Of a stretch of 64,000 bases of DNA, positions 57,983-64,000 are shown piece after piece. This DNA is from an uncultured Gemmatimonadales bacterium (GTDB lineage Bacteria > Gemmatimonadota > Gemmatimonadetes > Longimicrobiales > Gaopeijiaceae). The notes under the pieces were generated by a model. It was not told the origin of the DNA. It did no database searches and saw nothing but the letters and a program-made list of their open reading frames with translations. Position 1 is the stretch's first letter, and each line of letters opens with the position of its first letter. The stretch lies in contig CAWGKG010000008.1 in assembly GCA_963823035.1 (NCBI GenBank), forward strand, positions 64,001 to 128,000, in the 5' to 3' direction. The translations under genes and the position numbers were made by a program.

Positions 57983-58075
57983 GGGGCAGCGTCGCTCGTG
58001 GGAGGCGAACGGGACCGGTCGGTGCCGGTCGGTGCGCGGTAGGGTGGGGCGGGCGCGCCCCCGGCCACAAGGGGG

Positions 58076-58110
58076 GAAGGGACCGGTCCCGGAGCGGGAC
58101 CGGCCCCTTC
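58076..58110 (-). terminator. Stem-loop after the cytochrome c peroxidase gene
   Basis: 16-bp stem whose one plus-strand mismatch reads as a G-U pair on the minus strand; weak U tail. Confidence 0.55.
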
Positions 58111-58120
58111 TGGCGAGGGG

Positions 58121-59180
58121 TCAGGAACCGCCTGCCGCGCCGGCCGAGGTCGACGGGAGGGGTGGAAGGATGGGCTCGTTGATGTATTCGTAGGGCACGG
58201 GGCCCGTGAGCGTCCTCAGCCAGGTCACGATGCTCTCGACCTGGGATGCGGTGAGCTCCGCGCCGAGCTGGTGCCACGCCATCAGCGAGACGGCGTCCTC
58301 GAGGCGCTGAGCCGATCCGTCGTGGAAGTAGGGCCACGTCTCCTGGACGTTGCGCAGGGACGGCACCTTGAAGAACATCGCGTCCGCCGCGTTGCCGGTG
58401 ACCTGCGCCCGACCCTGGTCCGAAGTGTCGTACCAGGTGTTCACCAGCCCGGCCTTCTGGTAGAACGAGCCGCCGACGTACGGCGCCGACGTGGCACTGG
58501 GTGCACCCCGCGGAGGCGAACTCGTTGAAGCCGGCCTTCTCCGCGTCCGTGAGCGCGCCGGCGTCACCCGACAGGAAGGCGTCCCAGCGGGAGGGGGTGA
58601 CCAGCCCGCGCTCGAAGGCGGCGATGGCGCGGCCGAAGTTCTCGAAGGTGACCGGCTGCGCATCGCTCGGGAACGCGGCCTTGAACGCGTCGACGTACCC
58701 CGGCATCCGCAGGAGGACCTTCTCGACCGACTGGCCGTCCGGCATTCCCATCTCGACGGGGTTCAGGACCGGTCCGAGGGCCTGCGCCTCGACGTCGGGG
58801 GCCCGCCCGTCCCAGAACTGAGCGACGTGGCCGGCCGCGTTGTAGACCGAAGGCTCGTTGCGTCCACCCACCAGCCCCTCGTGCCCGACGCCCGTAGGCC
58901 GATGGCTCGTGCCGTAGTCGTGCAGGGGATGGCAGACGTAGCAGGAAACGTCGCCCGAAGTGGAGAAGCGCGTGTCGTAGTAGAGCATGCGCCCCAGGTC
59001 CACCTTCTCCGCCGTCATCGGGTTGTCGGTGGAGGCCATCACCGTCGGGAGCGCCGCGAACGCCTGCAGGGCGGACGGATTCGCCTCGACGCCGCCGGTC
59101 TCGTGGGGAGGGGGGGCGTCGGTGCCGCAGGCTGCGGTCAGCACCAGGAGGGTGAGCACTGCGTTTCGCCGCGTGAACAT
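58121..59180 (-). CDS. Di-haem cytochrome c peroxidase (lipoprotein); apparent frameshift near 58485
   Basis: CYVCH and CTQCH haem motifs, QFWDGRA, NPVEM, FKVPSLRNV, PYFHDG. Confidence 0.9.
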
Positions 59181-59356
59181 CGGGGAACGCCTCGGAGTCA
59201 GGTGGATAGCCGAGGGCGGCGGAGGGCCGGGCGGTCCGGGTGGGAGGGCCCGGCGCGAGCGCTCGGCCGGTTGATTCCGGTGCGCCCTTCAGGGACCTTG
59301 AAGTGTGCTCGTCCTTCCGGGAGCCCGGTATCCGGCAAATGACAGTGGAGCGGGTG

Positions 59357-59917
59357 ATGGAGAGGGAACACTCGTCAAACGCGCGCCTGGCGCTCGTCGG
59401 TGTGCTGGCGCTGCTGGCGCTCAACGCCGCGGTCAACCTGGTGCTCGACGCCTGGGGGCGGTGGCCCCGCGTCCACCTGGCGCTCGAGATCCTGACCGCC
59501 CTGGTCGGAATGGGGGCGGCGACGGTGCTCTGGTGGGGCTGGCGGAGGGCGGAGCGGGCGGAGGCCGGGGCGCGTGAGGCGCTGGTGGCGCGGCGGGCGG
59601 AGCGCGACGAGTGGCGGGAGAGCGCGCGGCGGGCGCTCGAGGGGCTGGGCGAGGCGCTCGACGCGCAGTTCCGCGCGTGGGACCTGACGCCCACGGAGCG
59701 CGAGGTCGCGCTCCTCCTCCTCAAGGGGTACAGCCACAAGCGCATCGCCGAGATGACGGGGCGCCGCGAGCGCACCGTGCGTCAGCACGGCGTCGTCGTC
59801 TACCAGAAGTCGGGGCTGTCCGGGCGCGCCGCGCTCGCGGCCTACTTCCTCGAGGACCTGATCCTGCCCGACGAGGAGCGCGACACGCTGCGCGCCGCCA
59901 CCCCCGTCGAGCCCTGA
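59357..59917 (+). CDS. Membrane-anchored LuxR-type HTH regulator
   Basis: Two TM helices, a helical linker, then LTPTEREVALLLLKGYSHKRIA..ERTVR. Confidence 0.85.
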   Translation: MEREHSSNARLALVGVLALLALNAAVNLVLDAWGRWPRVHLALEILTALVGMGAATVLWWGWRRAERAEAGAREALVARRAERDEWRESARRALEGLGEALDAQFRAWDLTPTEREVALLLLKGYSHKRIAEMTGRRERTVRQHGVVVYQKSGLSGRAALAAYFLEDLILPDEERDTLRAATPVEP

Positions 59918-59929
59918 CGCGGAGCCGGC

Positions 59930-60204
59930 ATGGATCCCATGGCCATCGTCGGGATGATCTTCACGCTCGTCATGCTGGTCGTGATCGGCGGCTTCATCCT
60001 CCTCATCCCCCTCTCCCGCCAACTCGCCGCCTTCCTCCGACTGCGGTTGGAGCGGAGTGACAAGGCCGACCAGGATGCGCGCATCGCGTCGCTCACGAGG
60101 GCGGTGGCGTCGCTGCGGGACGACGTCGAGCGGCTCGCGGAGCGCCAGGAGTTCACGGAGCACCTCCTGGAACGTCCCGCCCCACGGACCCGGAGGAGGA
60201 ATGA
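59930..60204 (+). CDS. Small single-TM coiled-coil protein; 3' end inferred (apparent frameshift near 60185)
   Basis: GGAG RBS, hydrophobic N-terminus, VERLAERQEFTEHLL. Confidence 0.6.
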
Positions 60205-60818
60205 GTGCCGCGAGCGGGCCTCCCCGGTGCTTCTGGGTGCGCGACGCCGACGAGGACTACGTCCGCTACCACGACGAGGAGTGGGGCTATCCGGTCGCGG
60301 ACGACGTCCGGCTGTTCGAGAAGATCTGCCTGGAGGGGTTCCAGTCGGGGCTGTCCTGGCTGACGATCCTGCGCAAGCGCGAGAACTTCCGCCGTGCCTT
60401 CGCGGGCTTCGACTACCGGAAGGTGGCGCGCTTCGGCGCGCGCGACGTCGACCGACTCCTGCAGGACGCCGGTATCGTCCGACACCGGGGGAAGATCGAG
60501 GCCACGCTGAACAACGCCGAGCGCGCGCGCGAGATGGTCGAGGAGTTCGGCTCGCTGGCGGCGTTCGTGTGGCGCTTCGAACCGGGCGCCGGCACGCGGC
60601 CCGGGAAGCTCACGGAGGAGGCGCTGCGCGGCATGGCCGCCACGCCCGAGTCGAAGGCGCTGTCGAAGGAGCTGAAGAAGCGGGGTTGGCGCTTCGTCGG
60701 GCCCACCACGGTCTACGCCTTCATGCAGGCGATGGGGCTCGTCAACGACCACACGCACGACTGCGCCTTCCGGGCGAAGGCGCTCGCCGCTCGCCGGCGC
60801 TTCGAGGTGCCGGGCTGA
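60201..60818 (+). CDS. tag: DNA-3-methyladenine glycosylase I
   Basis: RCFW, YHDEEWG, LEGFQSGLSW, FVGPTTVYAFMQA, NDH..C motifs. Confidence 0.95.
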   Translation: MSAASGPPRCFWVRDADEDYVRYHDEEWGYPVADDVRLFEKICLEGFQSGLSWLTILRKRENFRRAFAGFDYRKVARFGARDVDRLLQDAGIVRHRGKIEATLNNAERAREMVEEFGSLAAFVWRFEPGAGTRPGKLTEEALRGMAATPESKALSKELKKRGWRFVGPTTVYAFMQAMGLVNDHTHDCAFRAKALAARRRFEVPG

Positions 60819-60841
60819 CGCTCGGGCGCCGCCGCCGGTTG

Positions 60842-62957
60842 CTAGTGGCTGCTGGTCGCGGCGCGCCCGGCGGGACGCAGCACCAGGTTGTCGATGAAGA
60901 ACTCCATCATCCGGTACGGGTTGAGCGCCGAATGGCCCCGGTCCGGTCCGACCTGCACGTCGAAGCTCTTCTGTGCGCTCTGCAGCGCCTGGATGAGCTG
61001 CAGCGAGTTCGAGGGGTGCACGTTGTTGTCGGCGGTGCCGTAGTAGATCATCAGGCGCCCCGTGAGACGATCGGCGTACGTCATCGCCGAGCCGGCGTCG
61101 TAGCCGGCGGCGTTCTCCTGCGGCAGCCACATGTAGCGCTCGGTGTAGATCGAGTCGTAGTTCCGCCAGTCGGTCACGGGTGAGGCGGCCGACGCCGCCG
61201 CGAAGACGTCGGGGTGGCGCAGGATCGCCATCGCCGAGGTGTAGCCGCCGTACGAGGTGCCGAAGATGCCCACGCGCGCGCCGTCCACGTACGGACGCTC
61301 GGCCAGCGCTCGGACGCCGGCCGCCTGATCGTCGATCTCCACCGTGCCGAGCTTCTCGTAGATCGCATCCAGGAAGCGCTTGCCGCGCCCGGCGGCGCTG
61401 CGCGAGTCGAGCGTCGCGACCAGAAAGCCGTACTCGGTGAGCGGGTTGGGCACGGCGAACCTCTCGTAGGCCCCGTTGGTCGCGGGCCCGGCGTAGACGC
61501 TGACGAGCAGCGGGTACTTCCGGCTCGGATCGAAGTTCGACGGCTTGTGCAGCATCCCGTACAGCTGCGGTCTCGCCGTCCGCGGCCTCGAAGGTGAAGA
61601 GCTCGACGCGCTGGAGCCCGAGCTCCTCGAAGCGGGCGAGGTCGCTCGTCGCCAGCTCCGCGACCTGCTTGCCCGAGGCGTTCACCAGGCGCGTCACAGG
61701 CGGCTGGTCGTGCGTCTGTGCGACGTCCACGAAGTACTTCCCGTCGGGGGACATGCTCACGTCGTGGTTGAACGCCGGATCCGTGAGACGGCGGTCGTTC
61801 TTCCCGTCGAGGCCGATGCGGTGGAGCTGCAGCTTCATCGGGTTGTCGCCGTCGCGCGCCGTGTACCACACCACGCCGGCCTTCTCGTCCACCTCCTCGA
61901 TCGACTGCACCTCGAACGGGTGGTCGGTGAGCGTGCGCAGGAGCTTCCCGGAGTAGTCGTACAGGTAGAGGTTGGCGAAGCCGGTGCGCTCGGAGATCCA
62001 CAGGAAGCGCTTCCCATCGGCGAGCCAACGGATCGGTGGGTGGTTCTCCACCCACGAGTCCGGCCATTCCTCGCGAACCACCACCCGGCAGCTCCCCGTC
62101 GCAGGGGCGCACGCCGTGAACTCGAGCACGTTCTGGCGCCGGTTCGTGCGGTTGAACGTGATCTCCGAGCCGTCCGGCGACCACGCGACCTGGTAGACGT
62201 AGTGGCCCACCACGTCGTTGGTGAAGGGCGCGCCGTCGCGCACGTCCATGCGGGTGGACCGGCCGGACGCGAGATCGTAGACGAAGAGGTCGACCACGGG
62301 GTTGGGCGCACCCGCCTTGGGATAGGCCTCGCGGTCGAGCGAGTCCTGGACCTCGGTCTGCTCGAACTGGAGGTAGTAGTCCGGGACGTCGCCCTCGTCG
62401 AAGCGGTAGTAGGCCAGCTTCGTTCCGTCCGGCGACCACCACATGGCCGTGACCTGCCCGAGCTCCTCTCCGTAGACCCAGCTCGCCGTCCCGTACTTGA
62501 TGCGATCCTCCGCGCTTCCGTCCGTGGTGACGGCACGCGCACCGCTCCGGTCCGCGGCGCTCACCCACAGGTTCCGGTCGCGATAGAACGCCTCCATGGT
62601 GCTGTCCGGAGACATCGCCGACGCGAACTGACGGCCCCGCTCCGGGCCCCCGCGGCGGAAGCCGCGCGGCTCCGGCGCCTCGCCCACGTCCGTCGCTCGA
62701 CCGGTGGCGACGTCGTAGCGGTAGAGGCGGTCCTCGCGCGCGTACTCGAACGTCTTCCCGTCGTCGGCCCATGTGACGCGCAGCGCGCCCGAGACCACGG
62801 AGCCGGGAATCCGACCGGCCATCTCCTGGTAGCGGGCGTAGCCGGGCATCTCCTTGATGCGCTGCTGCGCGGCCGCGCCGGAGGCGGCCACCGCCGTCGC
62901 CAGGACGGCGGTGAGGGAGGCGAACGAGTGGCGGGTGCGACGGGGCAGGGTGGGCAT
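60842..62957 (-). CDS. S9B dipeptidyl peptidase IV-like protein; apparent frameshift near 61570
   Basis: VYGEE, YPKAG, GTSYGG nucleophile, YTERYM, DNNVH motifs. Confidence 0.92.
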
Positions 62958-63229
62958 GGTGGTGAATCCGTCGGACGTGGCGGCGAACGGCCTTCGTGGC
63001 GAGGGGGGAAGCTCGGGCGGGGGTCGCGGAGCCGCAAGCGAGGGCTTGCTCACGACATGGCCTGCCGGGTGTCGCCGGCGCGCTCGTGGGTCTCGGCACG
63101 GGGCCGGCCGTCGCCGCGCTCCTTCCGGGAGTAGCGCGGCGCACACGCGTCCCGCACGTTGACGGCCGCAGCGAACGGGCCGGCCCTGCGTCGACCGCGC
63201 CCGATACGTACCCCACCCGGGAGGATCGG

Positions 63230-63805
63230 ATGAGCCCTGCAGCAACCCTCGCGAACGGGCGGCCACGGCGGCACGGAGCAGGACGGCGGATCGGATGGAT
63301 GGCACGGCGCGCGCCGCTCGTCGCGGCCCTCGTGGGCGTGGCGGCGTGCACGATGGAGCCGCGCACCGACCAGAACGCCCCGACCAGCGCCACGCAGCCG
63401 GCGGCGCAGCACTACCGCGAGGTCGTCCAACCGGAGGGCGTGGCGCGTCTGCCCGTGTTCAGCACGGCCATCCGCAACGGTGGCCTGCTCTTCCTGTCCG
63501 GGCAGATCGGCGCGGTGCCCGGGGTGAGCCCACCGCAGGTGGTGGAGGGCGGCGTCGAAGCGGAGACGACGCAGGTGTTCGAGAACATCAAGACCGTGCT
63601 CGCCGCGGACGGCCTCACGCTCGACAACGTGATCAAGTGCACCGTCTTCCTCGCGGACATCGGAGACTACGCCGCGATGAACGCCGTGTACCTGACGTAC
63701 TTCCCGAACGTGCCGCCCGCGCGCTCGGCGATGGCGGGCAGCGGCCTGGCCCTCGGCGCGAAGGTCGAGATCGAGTGCATCGCGGCGTATCCGCCGGGTC
63801 GGTGA
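63230..63805 (+). CDS. RidA/YjgF-family protein with N-terminal lipoprotein signal (alternative start 63299)
   Basis: LFLSGQIG, KCTVFL, MNAVY, PARS, VEIECIA motifs; preceded by LVAALVGVAAC. Confidence 0.88.
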   Translation: MSPAATLANGRPRRHGAGRRIGWMARRAPLVAALVGVAACTMEPRTDQNAPTSATQPAAQHYREVVQPEGVARLPVFSTAIRNGGLLFLSGQIGAVPGVSPPQVVEGGVEAETTQVFENIKTVLAADGLTLDNVIKCTVFLADIGDYAAMNAVYLTYFPNVPPARSAMAGSGLALGAKVEIECIAAYPPGR

Positions 63806-63812
63806 CGGGCCC

Positions 63813-64000
63813 TCAGCGCGCCTCGACGGTCGCTGCCGCGATGCGGGTGGCCGACGCGGCGGACATGCTCTCGTAGTAGCGGACGAAGCGCGCGGGTTCC
63901 TCGGCGTCGTAGTCCGCGAGGTTGTGCGCCCACCGGTAGCCGATGGGCTGGTACCAGAGCTCCGCCTCGACCGTGAAGGGGCCGCGCGCTCCCCGCAGGT
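63813..64000 (-). CDS. C-terminus of a hypothetical protein that starts beyond the window
   Basis: Open frame ...PFTVEAELWYQPIGYRWAHNLADYDAEEPARFVRYYESM...EAR* with typical codon use. Confidence 0.7.
   Translation of the reverse strand, partial: LRGARGPFTVEAELWYQPIGYRWAHNLADYDAEEPARFVRYYESMSAASATRIAAATVEAR

Overview
Very GC-rich, gene-dense chromosomal region with about 56 CDS. I found no rRNA, tRNA, CRISPR array, integrase or transposase. The gene repertoire (PadR plus ADOP permease, DUF4097, PIG-L/NEW3 plus SSS, Tat-exported enzymes) suggests Gemmatimonadota or Acidobacteriota; this is an inference. Housekeeping genes include uvrA, gyrA, metG, ricT/yaaT, accA, fadJ, mtgA and tag. Accessory genes include a Mo-hydroxylase pair with a separate cofactor-maturation operon, DsbA/VKOR, TctABC, GH4/GH27, several peptidases and a cytochrome c peroxidase. 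About 25 apparent indels interrupt otherwise intact genes. They are most likely long-read assembly errors, so those genes are called as joined CDS. The best candidates for undescribed biology are: (1) a stand-alone sigma-70 region 1.2+2 'mini-sigma' divergent from a TM-GGDEF-REC-REC-HD-GYP protein; (2) an ATP-grasp ligase fused to a SET/post-SET methyltransferase and coupled to a GT2; (3) a receiver domain fused to a catalytically degenerate PIG-L domain; (4) DUF402 inside a mocA-like/split-xdhC operon; (5) a RidA carrying a lipoprotein signal. All assignments come from motif recognition by eye, not database searches.
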